A stretch of DNA of 30,962 nucleotides from a virus (lineage: Duplodnaviria > Caudoviricetes), in IMG/VR virus record IMGVR_UViG_3300032335_000904, positions 1 to 30,962 of that record. The stretch is one strand, 5' to 3'. The translations under genes and the position numbers were made by a program. How positions within the stretch are numbered: position 1 is the first letter of the stretch; every line of letters starts with the position of its first letter. Positions 16,545 through 25,944 of this stretch are shown one piece after another. The notes under the pieces are model-generated. The model was not told the DNA's origin. It ran no database searches and was given only the letters and a program-made list of their open reading frames with translations.

Positions 16545-16897
16545 CAGTGCTTGACTCCAACCGCATAAACTGCGATGTGGTCCGTCGCCAGACCTTGTTC
16601 ATTCGTCTGAACCTTCTCAATGGCATATAAGTCGCCGACCCATTCGATGGTTCCGCCGACCTCGAATGTCGAACGATTCAGGTCTGTCACATCCACGTAA
16701 AACGCGAATCCGTTGGTCACATCTCGAGCAAAAATGTCGTATGCCGCGTTCGGCGACATCTGCTGCGCGCATCCAGAAATGTAGATACCTGGCGCATCTG
16801 GCGCGAATCCTTCGACCACATTGTTCGCCCCCAACCTCGCGGAAACTGCGAACACTCGAAACTGGTGTGGCTTGAACGGAACACTCACGAAATCCAA
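16544..16897 (-). CDS. Putative head closure protein
   Basis: Follows the adaptor; IEWVGDLYAIEKV...DHIAV pattern; true start may be GTG at 16888. Confidence 0.6.
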   Translation of the reverse strand: MDFVSVPFKPHQFRVFAVSARLGANNVVEGFAPDAPGIYISGCAQQMSPNAAYDIFARDVTNGFAFYVDVTDLNRSTFEVGGTIEWVGDLYAIEKVQTNEQGLATDHIAVYAVGVKH

Positions 16898-17487
16898 TAC
16901 CCTCGAGCAATTTCGGCAGCTCGTTTCCGCAGCTCTTTCACTGGATTATCTGGTGTCGAAATTTCAATCAATCCTGTTTTCAGACGACTTGTGATGCCGT
17001 CTCGACCTCGGCTTTCCTCGATGGCTCTTGCGGACGCGAGACAGTAAATGGCGTCGTTCACCTGGTCGTCGATTCCAGCAGAATCTGTGTATCCCCATGC
17101 TGCTGTGATTTCCAGCCGTATAAATGGTTTCGTTCTGAAAATCAGCTGTGTATATGGCGCTGTATAGTCTGGCAGCTGGTAGTCGTCCCACTGCACCAGA
17201 GTCGTGCCTGCGACGTTTGTGCTGACACCTGATTTCACCAGCGTCGGTGCTGCTGAAATAGGTACGGCTAAGTCCAGGACCCAGCCGCGCCTATCCGCCT
17301 GAATGTCTCGCGGATCAAAAACTTTCGTTGATGAAACCGCGAGAAATGGTCTGACTCCGACCAGCCCTTCCCATTCACCGATGGCTGAACCCAGTAGCCG
17401 CTGCGCGTCCGCGTCGGACACTTCAGCAGTTACGAATCCCTTATCGAAAAGATAAGTCGCCAAGTCGGTGTATGAGATGTAAGCCAT
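16885..17487 (-). CDS. Head-tail adaptor protein
   Basis: MAYISYTDLATYL N-terminus and ITAAWGY motif; follows the capsid genes. Confidence 0.75.
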   Translation of the reverse strand: MAYISYTDLATYLFDKGFVTAEVSDADAQRLLGSAIGEWEGLVGVRPFLAVSSTKVFDPRDIQADRRGWVLDLAVPISAAPTLVKSGVSTNVAGTTLVQWDDYQLPDYTAPYTQLIFRTKPFIRLEITAAWGYTDSAGIDDQVNDAIYCLASARAIEESRGRDGITSRLKTGLIEISTPDNPVKELRKRAAEIARGYWIS

Positions 17488-17496
17488 GGTCAGAGG

Positions 17497-17952
17497 TTAG
17501 AGATATGAACCAGCGACGACGACAGGATTTGCCGCGTTTTGGTTCGTAGTTGTCACCTGTGTCACTGGGAGTGCGCGTGGTCGAGCGTACGCCTTGATTC
17601 CAGAAATAACCGCGTTCGCAGTGTTTCGGTCGATGGCGACTCGGATGTATCGGTTTGTCAATTCCGACAGACAGATGGTGATGGTCTTGTTGGTATCAGC
17701 ATCCGTGTAGTCGTACTTGGCACCTGTAATGTTGGTCCAGCTCGAGTTGTTGTCGCTGCGCTGGAGTTGGAATGTACCAGTTCCAGTCGCAGTGATTGCG
17801 CCCATGTCGATGACGACGTTGAGTGCGCTGTCAGCTAGACAGTCGATGCTGCTGGAGTTGACGTCAGTCGTACCTGCAGCCAGGTTTTTCGTAGTCGCAG
17901 CAGTTGCGTCTGGAAAAACTGTGACGATGTTAAACGCGTTAAAAGTAGCCAT
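17497..17952 (-). CDS. Putative capsid decoration/minor virion protein
   Basis: Immediately after MCP; beta-rich with LQRSDNNSSWTNITGA and RYIRV motifs. Confidence 0.6.
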   Translation of the reverse strand: MATFNAFNIVTVFPDATAATTKNLAAGTTDVNSSSIDCLADSALNVVIDMGAITATGTGTFQLQRSDNNSSWTNITGAKYDYTDADTNKTITICLSELTNRYIRVAIDRNTANAVISGIKAYARPRALPVTQVTTTNQNAANPVVVAGSYL

Positions 17953-17953
17953 T

Positions 17954-19165
17954 TTATGCTTTCACCTTGAGTCGTGAGAATGCCTCTTCGAGAACTGGCG
18001 CACCATCGCTGAATTTATGCATGACGTAGCCATACTCGCCAGCGGATGCGTACGGATCCTCAACCAATACTTGCACAGCAAGATTGAGGAAGTCGTAAAT
18101 GTGATAATACTGGAAGTCGCCGAAAACGACAGGATAGTTGCCAGCTGTAAATACAGTTGGTGCGCTTTCCGATTCGTACAATGGTCGACCCTTGAGAGTC
18201 ATCGGTGTACCGACGGCGAGAACGTTTCCAATGCCAGCAGATTCGGTGAAAATGTACTGGTTCGCGCTGTCCTTCAATTTCATGACCGTAGTCACGAACT
18301 GTCGGCTGCCAACCCAGCTTCCTCGGTTTCTGATGGTCGCTTTTACGTTCATCATTGTCGAGAGAATGTCGTCTGCTGCGATGGTTCCTGAACCTGCAGT
18401 TTCGATGTCTCGAGCAGTCGAGATGCCGTCGTTCGATGCAGTAAAAATGCCTAGCCATTGACCAGTGCCATTTCCTGTCATTGCTGCAGCTTCCTCCTTG
18501 AGTCGGACGCTGTAGTCCAATTCCTCCGCCAGCCACTGCTCGACATCAATCACAGACTGCTCGATGAGTAGTCGGCCGTTGGATGTTTTAACAGTCACTC
18601 GGTGCGGCTTGAATTCACGCTGACCTGTGGTCACGTTGGTCAAAATGGCTGTCTCTGCTTCGCCTTGCCAGTATGATGTGGCTCGGTTGGTTTGCCGCGG
18701 AACGGAAACATTGCCTCGAATGGTGTTTACGCGGCAGATTTGTCGCATGAAAATCGGATCGTTCACTGGCTTGATAATCTCGTTAAGGATTACCGTCGGG
18801 ACCAAAAATCCGCCTGCAGTGTTCGGATTAACCTGTTGCTGCGCTCGGATGTTTTGGACTTGGCTGCTGTCGCCTCGCAGATACTGGCGCCATGCTCGAA
18901 CATTGCTGTCCTCGACATCGCTTGATGTCTTGGCGCCCATGATGCCAGGCTGATTTCCGCTTTGCATCATGAATGATCGTGCTGATTCGATTTCTGCTCG
19001 TTGCTCGAGTTCTTTCTTTGCGTCTAGCATGTCTGCAGCAGCTTGGTCGAATCGTGCTTCTACGTCAGCTGGCATCACTGCTTTACCTTCGTATTTAGCT
19101 CGGGTTTCGTCCAAAAATGCGACAGCATTCGCTAGTTGTTGATTTAGCTCATTAACTGATTTCAT
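17954..19165 (-). CDS. Major capsid protein, HK97 family
   Basis: N-terminal coiled delta domain, GGFLVP, GNGTGQ, KLKDSANQYI, VVFGDF motifs. Confidence 0.96.
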   Translation of the reverse strand: MKSVNELNQQLANAVAFLDETRAKYEGKAVMPADVEARFDQAAADMLDAKKELEQRAEIESARSFMMQSGNQPGIMGAKTSSDVEDSNVRAWRQYLRGDSSQVQNIRAQQQVNPNTAGGFLVPTVILNEIIKPVNDPIFMRQICRVNTIRGNVSVPRQTNRATSYWQGEAETAILTNVTTGQREFKPHRVTVKTSNGRLLIEQSVIDVEQWLAEELDYSVRLKEEAAAMTGNGTGQWLGIFTASNDGISTARDIETAGSGTIAADDILSTMMNVKATIRNRGSWVGSRQFVTTVMKLKDSANQYIFTESAGIGNVLAVGTPMTLKGRPLYESESAPTVFTAGNYPVVFGDFQYYHIYDFLNLAVQVLVEDPYASAGEYGYVMHKFSDGAPVLEEAFSRLKVKA

Positions 19166-19170
19166 TTTTG

Positions 19171-20304
19171 TTACCTCAATTTGGCGAACTTTTCCGCCTG
19201 TCGCTCAAGTGCAGTCGGTGCGCTGGCTGCCTGAATCAGGCTGTCCAGCTTGCCGCGCAGCTGCTCAAGTTTCTCGATGGATGTTTTGCCGAGTGTTTTG
19301 TTTTCGCTCGACCGCAGCTCGAAAACTTCGGTCGCGCGCTTGGTTGCTGATTCGATAGCATCATGAACTAAATCGAGTTGATCAGCGAGAGTCATGCCAG
19401 CATGAGCAGACCCTAAATCGTGTCGGACGGCTGTCGCCTCCGATTCGGGAACCGCAGGAAAATTGACCTGCGACACTTCAAAAATTTTCGCGATTCGAGT
19501 TATCAGATAGCATTCACGCTGGCATTTTCTGATTGATTCGACATCGAACGCATTCAGGTCCATGTTCATGGTCGCCGCCATTTCAAGCAGCGCGTCGCCG
19601 TTTTGCAGTTCAACGTAATCCCCAATGTTGAATCCGATAGACAGACCGACTCGCTTGCCAGCAGCCAGACGTTCCATGGCGACTGTGCGAGCATCCTGTG
19701 CATCACCTGTCGTGTGATAGTCGACCTCGACCTCGATGCCTGCGCCATTGTCTACGGCTGACCGAATGTAGCCGATAGCCAGGTCGTCGGCATCGTGTGC
19801 AGCCAGGAATGAACCGTTCGCGACGAAATCTGGCAGTGCAGCTGTGGCGGACCCTGGCGCGAACACTGTCATGTAGGAATCCATTTTCCCGTATGCAAGC
19901 GCCGTCCCCTTGAGTCCTCCTTTTGATTCGACCGCATCGTCCATGCGCAGGTCGAATTGTCGATGCTGAATTTTTGTCATGTTCATCTGCCTGTTTTGCT
20001 CCTGATCTATGATGTAATTATAGGCATCTGTAAACCATGCCTTCGCCGTCCTGCCGCCCCACAGTAGTGCAGCCACATACGCTGGCGAGTCCTCAGGTTC
20101 ATCCAGGAATCGTTCATTCCGCGCCCACCATCGGTAACCCTTGCGAATCTTGTTTTCGGTCTGCTGCTCACCAGCTGCCATCGAGCGCGCCTCTTTAATG
20201 GTCGCAGGTTCCAGCCCATCACCGCCCATGCCCTGCTCGAACATGTACAGTCCTCGCTTGCATGCATTTTGTACGGCTTTTGGCGGATAGAAAATTTCTG
20301 GCAT
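19171..20304 (-). CDS. HK97-family prohead protease with extra N-terminal domain
   Basis: FLAAHD, GLSIGF and FEVSQVNFPA motifs; about 105 extra N-terminal residues. Confidence 0.9.
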   Translation of the reverse strand: MPEIFYPPKAVQNACKRGLYMFEQGMGGDGLEPATIKEARSMAAGEQQTENKIRKGYRWWARNERFLDEPEDSPAYVAALLWGGRTAKAWFTDAYNYIIDQEQNRQMNMTKIQHRQFDLRMDDAVESKGGLKGTALAYGKMDSYMTVFAPGSATAALPDFVANGSFLAAHDADDLAIGYIRSAVDNGAGIEVEVDYHTTGDAQDARTVAMERLAAGKRVGLSIGFNIGDYVELQNGDALLEMAATMNMDLNAFDVESIRKCQRECYLITRIAKIFEVSQVNFPAVPESEATAVRHDLGSAHAGMTLADQLDLVHDAIESATKRATEVFELRSSENKTLGKTSIEKLEQLRGKLDSLIQAASAPTALERQAEKFAKLR

Positions 20305-20307
20305 AGT

Positions 20308-21057
20308 TTAGACCTCGAGCGTAACTGGCTTAATCGAGGATACCTTCTCGCCATTCACCTCAAATTCCAGATGGCATTTGCAGTTTCCGAGGCATGGTGT
20401 CGAGCATGCGCCTGGTGTCGTGAACAGGTCATCTGGGAAAAATGGCGACATGCCAGCCAGCGCAGGACAGTCCTGACAGTGAATTTCCACAGCTCCGAGA
20501 ACCCACGTGATTTCAGTTTCAATCGGCAAATTGTCGACCGCTGCCTGACCTGCAATCCCTCTGGCTTTGCCCATGTATAGACGCTGGCGCTGCAAAATCA
20601 GGTCCTCGCGCAAGTCCCCGAATTCGTCGTCGTACCTGCCATCAAGAATGTCGTCGATGAACCCCTGAAGGTAGTCGGCATCGACGTCGGCGATGGATTG
20701 ACCAGCCAGGATGTCCTCGGTCCCGAATTCTGTAAATAACGCTGTCGACACCTGATCCCTGCCTATCCAGTGCGCGTTCGCGTTCGCCTGGAGTATTGCG
20801 TCGAAAAACGCGTCCGCCCACTGCGTCTCATCGATAACACCATTAACCAGCCTGCTGGTCGCTCGTTTCGATGCGTTCCAGTTGAAATTCAGCATGTCCT
20901 CGAACCATGCCTGATGGCTTCGATTTCCTGGCTGATTGAATGCCGATGGCAGCGCCCTGATTTGGACTGGCTTCGGTGTATAAACCAGCACCCTTGTCGC
21001 CAACTGATCGTAGTGCGACCCTAGATGGCTGACACTGTGGCGGCTGGTTTTACACAT
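20308..21057 (-). CDS. MuF-like minor head morphogenesis protein
   Basis: Between portal and protease; WVLGAVEIHCQDC...PG...CLGNCKCHL Cys motif. Confidence 0.75.
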   Translation of the reverse strand: MCKTSRHSVSHLGSHYDQLATRVLVYTPKPVQIRALPSAFNQPGNRSHQAWFEDMLNFNWNASKRATSRLVNGVIDETQWADAFFDAILQANANAHWIGRDQVSTALFTEFGTEDILAGQSIADVDADYLQGFIDDILDGRYDDEFGDLREDLILQRQRLYMGKARGIAGQAAVDNLPIETEITWVLGAVEIHCQDCPALAGMSPFFPDDLFTTPGACSTPCLGNCKCHLEFEVNGEKVSSIKPVTLEV

Positions 21058-22408
21058 CGGATTTCAGTTGAACGTTTTCGAGTGCGCGCAGCTGCGCAGC
21101 TGTGTACCTTGCGGACCTGGTTGCAGGAATCGGCGCCATGAGCGCTGACATGTCGAACCATGTGCGACCGTCCTCCAGGTCAGTGATGAATCCGAGTGCC
21201 TTTCTAAACTCACCTCGAGTCGATGCGCCAGCCTTGAATGCTTTTTCAGCTCGGTCGTATTTGGCTGTTACATCCTCATCCAGTTCTCTATAGCAGCTGT
21301 AGTTAAACGCCAGCATCTGATTATCGCTGAATGCCACACCTTCCTCGAAAAACGCCTTGTCGAGTGTGCTGGAAATAATCGAGAGTAGCGGCAAAATGGT
21401 GTCCTCGATGAATGCCTCACGCGCCTCCGACATGTTGTTGTACGTTTTGCTGTCAGATGGCAGACCGAGAATCATCGGATCGACGCCCAGTGCAGCCAGA
21501 ATTTCTGTCATACCATGAACTTTCTGCTCAATCGCTTTGATGTCGGTCGGCGACATGGCGACTCTGGTGATTTCAAACGCGCCTGGCAGGTCCATCGCCT
21601 GACCTCGTCGGTCCCGCGTGAATGACTGCCACCTGTCGCGCATCGACTTTCGCTGCTCTGTTGATGGCTCGAGTGCGTTGGAATCCTTCGGACTGAATAT
21701 CACACCTGGAATGCCCATGTTCGACATGAGTGTGGCTGCATAGTTCGCCGCCTCGTTATCGCTGACTACCTGCCGCAGACATGCCATGAGCGCCGACATT
21801 CCCAGCGCTGGATTGTTGGTGTCGACCATGCCATCGCGGAAATGGATAATTTCCGACGGCGCGACACTGAACTGTTGACCGCCGCCGTATGGGAAAATTT
21901 GGTATCGCGTTATCAGCTCGTTTCCATTGTTCGGCGAACCATCGACATGCGTGTCCGACTTTGGCTGCACCTGAAACGGCATCAATGGCGCCAGTCCGAT
22001 CATCAGACCAGTTTTGTTTCTGCGCTTCAGCAGGTATGCGTTTCCGTACACCTTCAGGCTGCAGGAAATTGCCTTCATCAGTGTATGCTGGTCGAGTCCT
22101 GGCATCGGGTTAGTCCATGCGAAAATTCGATAGTCTGGCGAGTAGACGACCGCGCCGTCTGGCTGAACTGTTTTCAGCTCCAGCTTTGGCTGCGCGACTT
22201 TCTGTGCAATCTTGCTGATAGCGATGGCGACAGTGCTGTTCGACTCGATGGTCCCTGCCTCGCTGCGCCAATCCCTATCTGTGGCTCCGTAGCGCAGGTA
22301 TCCGCCGAGCATTGATGATGGACCGACGTATTTGTCGCCCACAAACTCAAAGTTTTTATTTTGTGCTTTCGGTCGAGCAGCTCGAATTTCTATGCCAAAA
22401 ATTTTCAT
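21050..22408 (-). CDS. Portal protein
   Basis: LKVYGNAY, EIIHFR, GMSAL, LGVDPMILG motifs. Confidence 0.95.
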   Translation of the reverse strand: MKIFGIEIRAARPKAQNKNFEFVGDKYVGPSSMLGGYLRYGATDRDWRSEAGTIESNSTVAIAISKIAQKVAQPKLELKTVQPDGAVVYSPDYRIFAWTNPMPGLDQHTLMKAISCSLKVYGNAYLLKRRNKTGLMIGLAPLMPFQVQPKSDTHVDGSPNNGNELITRYQIFPYGGGQQFSVAPSEIIHFRDGMVDTNNPALGMSALMACLRQVVSDNEAANYAATLMSNMGIPGVIFSPKDSNALEPSTEQRKSMRDRWQSFTRDRRGQAMDLPGAFEITRVAMSPTDIKAIEQKVHGMTEILAALGVDPMILGLPSDSKTYNNMSEAREAFIEDTILPLLSIISSTLDKAFFEEGVAFSDNQMLAFNYSCYRELDEDVTAKYDRAEKAFKAGASTRGEFRKALGFITDLEDGRTWFDMSALMAPIPATRSARYTAAQLRALENVQLKSDV

Positions 22409-22411
22409 CGT

Positions 22412-23785
22412 TTACCAGTCCCAGACATTTTTCGTTTTGAACAGCTCATTATATGCACCTGACCCAGCGTCGACCTGGTCGTCGTTTTTGCCAGTCGGAA
22501 ACTGCCGCAGCTCATCGACGAATGCCGTATTCCATGGTCCTCGCACCAGTGCCACATTTCCTGCGTTCACCTGTGATGCCAGACCATCGGCGCGAAGCTC
22601 TTTCGACCCTGTTTCCCGAATGGCTTTTATATTGTATCCGTTCAATAATCTCACAAAATTCAGTGCTGCGTCCTTACCTGCCGACCCAGGATCCTCAGGA
22701 ACGACGATGCGAACCTGCTGACCGTCTGCCTGCGCCACCTGCTGCATCACTGCGTTTCTCTGATCCGATGCCCACTGACCACGAATGACGTCGAGAATGT
22801 AGATGCGACCTGCCTGGTCCTTGCCGAGTTTCACACCTGCTGTCCAGTCGCCCTTGCCACTGCTGGCTGCGACGTCCCATTTCCTGACCAGCTCGACCAT
22901 TGGCGGCACGTCTGCTGCATCGATGTACGCGAATCGGTCAACCTTAAAAATCGCGCCTTCTCTTATGCTCGGACGTCCTTGGAATAGCGCTTGAAAATTG
23001 TATTCACCCATCTGCTGGCGAACCTGCTCGAGGAATGACAATGGCTTCACTTCCTGCCACAATGCCTCGCCAGGCTGTCGACCGAGTGCGTCGTTTTCCT
23101 CGGCGATTGCTGGCAAGTTTATAAATGTCCAGCTGCTGTCTGCTTGATCCTGCAGCCGTCCAATCAAGTCGTCATGATGCCAACGCGTCGCGATGACGAA
23201 TGCTTTGGTCCTTGGATAAAATCGCTGAACGATGCTGCCTTGCCACCAGTCCCAGATGTTTCCTCGCTCAATGGCTGACTCTGCCTGCGCCCTATCCTTT
23301 ATCGGATCATCGCAGACCAGCAGCGAAATCGGGTTTATACCTGTCGGTGCGCTCCCAACTCCTCTGGCGACCAGCCTGGCGCCATTAGTCAGCCGCCACT
23401 CAGACATGGCATTCGACGATTGATCGAGTATCCCCAGCTCGGCTGCCAATTCCCTCGCAGGTCGGCTCAGGTTTCGGTCGGCGAAATCCTGCGAGTAGCC
23501 AGTAAAAACGATTGCGTCTTTTGGATGCCTCTGCCCCCAGTAGACTGGCAGCCTGGTCGTGATGGTCTGCGATTTGCCGTGTCCTGGCGGCATGCTGATG
23601 GCGACGTTCTGCAGCTCGCCCTTGATGACCTTGTCTGCGATGTCGCACAGGTATTCGATGTGCCTGGGAAAACCGTAGTCCGCAGGTTTTCGCAGCTGAT
23701 ACCACTGGCTGAACGTCAGATTATGCTGCTCGATCGCCAGCCGCAGCGCCAGCTCACGTCGACTTAATTTGTTTAATTCGTTCAA
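22412..23785 (-). CDS. terL: Terminase large subunit
   Basis: Walker A MPPGHGKS, Walker B LLVCDDP, TRWH, nuclease WDVA...GDWTAG and NDDQVDA. Confidence 0.97.
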   Translation of the reverse strand: MNELNKLSRRELALRLAIEQHNLTFSQWYQLRKPADYGFPRHIEYLCDIADKVIKGELQNVAISMPPGHGKSQTITTRLPVYWGQRHPKDAIVFTGYSQDFADRNLSRPARELAAELGILDQSSNAMSEWRLTNGARLVARGVGSAPTGINPISLLVCDDPIKDRAQAESAIERGNIWDWWQGSIVQRFYPRTKAFVIATRWHHDDLIGRLQDQADSSWTFINLPAIAEENDALGRQPGEALWQEVKPLSFLEQVRQQMGEYNFQALFQGRPSIREGAIFKVDRFAYIDAADVPPMVELVRKWDVAASSGKGDWTAGVKLGKDQAGRIYILDVIRGQWASDQRNAVMQQVAQADGQQVRIVVPEDPGSAGKDAALNFVRLLNGYNIKAIRETGSKELRADGLASQVNAGNVALVRGPWNTAFVDELRQFPTGKNDDQVDAGSGAYNELFKTKNVWDW

Positions 23786-24224
23786 GTTCTGCCAGCATCT
23801 CCTCGACGCTCATGCCGTTTATGTCCTTGCCGTTCGTCGTGATGTCCACTTTGTCCTGCTTGCTGAAATCTGCTGGCCGTCTGCGCTCCAGATACCATGC
23901 GGCAGCTTGCCATGTCTGACCACTGGCTGCGTGAATCACATTCACATAATGCTCGATGGCTTGCTCCTCGGCTCTTTTTATGGCGTCAGAAAAGTCAGGA
24001 AATTCATTTAGATATTGATAAAATGTTTCCTTCGAGATGCCAGCACATATGGCTGCCGTGGTCCGCGTGTTTCCCTGTGACAGCGAATAACAGATGCGCT
24101 CGATGATTTCTGGTGTGTACTTGCTCGGTCGTCCTCGCCCAGGTCGTTCGTCAGCTTTTAAGTTTTTCTTAACAGCTGGTTTTCGCTTCGGTTTAGCCGC
24201 TGGTTCTGGTTTTGGTTTCGGCAT
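23754..24224 (-). CDS. terS: Terminase small subunit
   Basis: GRPSKYTPE, HTH AGISKETFYQYL, WQAAAWYLERR; directly upstream of terL. Confidence 0.85.
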   Translation of the reverse strand: MPKPKPEPAAKPKRKPAVKKNLKADERPGRGRPSKYTPEIIERICYSLSQGNTRTTAAICAGISKETFYQYLNEFPDFSDAIKRAEEQAIEHYVNVIHAASGQTWQAAAWYLERRRPADFSKQDKVDITTNGKDINGMSVEEMLAELERIKQIKST

Positions 24225-24239
24225 TGATAGAGAGTACCT

Positions 24240-24383
24240 CTAGTGCCAGCGACCCTTTGTGATCGACAGATGCAGCGCCGAACCTTCCCTGATCCACTGA
24301 CCCTGAATCAATTTGTAGCCCTTGGCAGCCATCGCCTCGCGCTGTTTTCGCATTTTGATTCGCCTGGATTCGCGCCTGGTCAT
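24240..24383 (-). CDS. 47-aa basic hypothetical protein (not in ORF track)
   Basis: MTRRESRRIKMRKQREAMAAKGYKLIQGQW...; ATGA-coupled to the upstream gene. Confidence 0.6.
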   Translation of the reverse strand: MTRRESRRIKMRKQREAMAAKGYKLIQGQWIREGSALHLSITKGRWH

Positions 24384-24583
24384 AGCTTTTCTTTTTCAAT
24401 AATTTCGGCAGTCGCTCCGAATCTAGCAAGTACCATTTTCCCAATTAGGATCTGTTCATCGGTCAGGTCGCTTAAATTCCCCTCGAGCGTTAACACCTGA
24501 CGCAACTTGACGCCTAGCAGACGCACAACTTTCTCGACAGGTCCCAGTACTGGATGCCACAGCTTCAGGTAGTGCGTGGTCAT
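24380..24583 (-). CDS. Hypothetical protein
   Basis: ATGA-coupled on both sides. Confidence 0.7.
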   Translation of the reverse strand: MTTHYLKLWHPVLGPVEKVVRLLGVKLRQVLTLEGNLSDLTDEQILIGKMVLARFGATAEIIEKEKL

Positions 24584-24771
24584 TGTACGGCTGCACCGAA
24601 TCCTAGCGCAGCAGCAGCTCCAGACACTGCGCCAGCCAGCCAGCGTTTCGCTGCCAATTTGAAATCGAAATCAGGATTCGGCGAGACTTTCCATGCGTTC
24701 AGATCTACCATGATTGCCGAAAGGAGTCCAGAGAATGCGCCTGCGATTACATTTTTCACGATGATGTTCAT
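24580..24771 (-). CDS. Putative holin-like membrane protein
   Basis: 63 aa with two hydrophobic segments, near the endolysin. Confidence 0.55.
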   Translation of the reverse strand: MNIIVKNVIAGAFSGLLSAIMVDLNAWKVSPNPDFDFKLAAKRWLAGAVSGAAAALGFGAAVQ

Positions 24772-24789
24772 GATGTCTGTATTATGGCT

Positions 24790-25653
24790 CTACAAAATCA
24801 CCCTGCTCTGGCATGTGAGCGTCGTCTTATATTTGACACATTTCTCGACATGGCGCAGCTCGATGATGGCTCCGCCCATAGGCTGCGGCGAGAGATTCCA
24901 GCCTGCCGCATAACTCGGACGTGTGCGCTCATGAATGCCATAGGTCGACAGATAGCTACCTGTCATGACGCAGGTAACTGGCAGCTCGACGACTCGGTGG
25001 TGCTGCGAATCATAGTGCATTTTCATGTCCATAATCGCGTACCTGTTATGCTTATGTCCCAGCCAAAGCGCGTCGACATTCGTATGCCATGCCATCATAC
25101 GCTGAAAGTCGGTGACACCCTTCGTCACTGGCGCAGCTCCACCAGCACCATGGTGTCGATAGAGTGTCCAGCTGGTTCTTTTATTTTTCCTGAATATCTG
25201 GATGTTCCAGAATCCACACCATCCGCCAGCGATGATGTTCACATTTGGCAGCTGATTGAGTCGGTCGATTAAGATTGATGTCAGACAGATGTGATGCCGT
25301 TTTTCGACATGTGCCTCATGGTTTCCGATGCCAATGCCCTCGATGTGCTGCGCGTATGGCTTCAGGAATTCGTACGCCATCTCGAGCGCTGCGTCCAATG
25401 GTGTCGACCCTAGCTGCAACAGCTCAGGATCCAGTGCCTTTAGGTCGAATCGCTTGATGTCCGATGGCAAAATGGCGTCCCAGATGTCGCCGTTTAGGAA
25501 TATCTTGGCATCCAGATTCGACATCACATCGAAATCGTTTTTGAGCGCTGGCTTGTATAAACTGCTCGACCCAAAGTGCAGGTCGGAAATCAATCCCAGT
25601 CGAACAATGTCATGAACCGACGATGTGTGAACCTGCGTAATGTGGTTTCGCAT
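24790..25653 (-). CDS. Calcineurin-like metallophosphoesterase
   Basis: SDLHFG, NGDIWD, GNHE, HHG and GHKH motifs. Confidence 0.93.
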   Translation of the reverse strand: MRNHITQVHTSSVHDIVRLGLISDLHFGSSSLYKPALKNDFDVMSNLDAKIFLNGDIWDAILPSDIKRFDLKALDPELLQLGSTPLDAALEMAYEFLKPYAQHIEGIGIGNHEAHVEKRHHICLTSILIDRLNQLPNVNIIAGGWCGFWNIQIFRKNKRTSWTLYRHHGAGGAAPVTKGVTDFQRMMAWHTNVDALWLGHKHNRYAIMDMKMHYDSQHHRVVELPVTCVMTGSYLSTYGIHERTRPSYAAGWNLSPQPMGGAIIELRHVEKCVKYKTTLTCQSRVIL

Positions 25654-25667
25654 GCCTACATTTTGGC

Positions 25668-25688
25668 TGTGTATAACTATGTGGATAA
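25668..25688 (-). promoter_or_regulatory. Two tandem DnaA-box consensus sites
   Basis: TTATCCACA (25680-25688) and TTATACACA (25668-25676) on the minus strand, in a 36-bp intergenic gap. Confidence 0.7.
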
Positions 25689-25689
25689 C

Positions 25690-25944
25690 TTATCGATTAT
25701 GGTTTCGGTCGTTCATCAGTGTCTCGACATGCGCTGACAATTTCGCCAGATGTGTTTCTGTGCGATGCACCAGCTGCTTCATATCGACGTGGTCTGCTTC
25801 AATTTGCGTGATTTTCTGCTGCAGTTTCCCGATGTGCAAAATGCCTGCGACCATGGGGATTAACCATGCCCAAAATGACGACAGCGCGCTGCTGATGTGG
25901 GAAATGGTTTCGACGCCCTGCTGCTGGCTTTCTGGCGCTGGCAT
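25690..25944 (-). CDS. Membrane protein with coiled-coil tail (holin/lysis-associated candidate)
   Basis: TAATG overlap with the endolysin; TM FWAWLIPMVAGIL followed by a coiled coil. Confidence 0.65.
   Translation of the reverse strand: MPAPESQQQGVETISHISSALSSFWAWLIPMVAGILHIGKLQQKITQIEADHVDMKQLVHRTETHLAKLSAHVETLMNDRNHNR

Noticed and set aside
24193-24444. 83-aa minus-strand ORF
   Set aside because: Overlaps two genes; the ATGA-coupled 24240-24383 frame fits the operon better.
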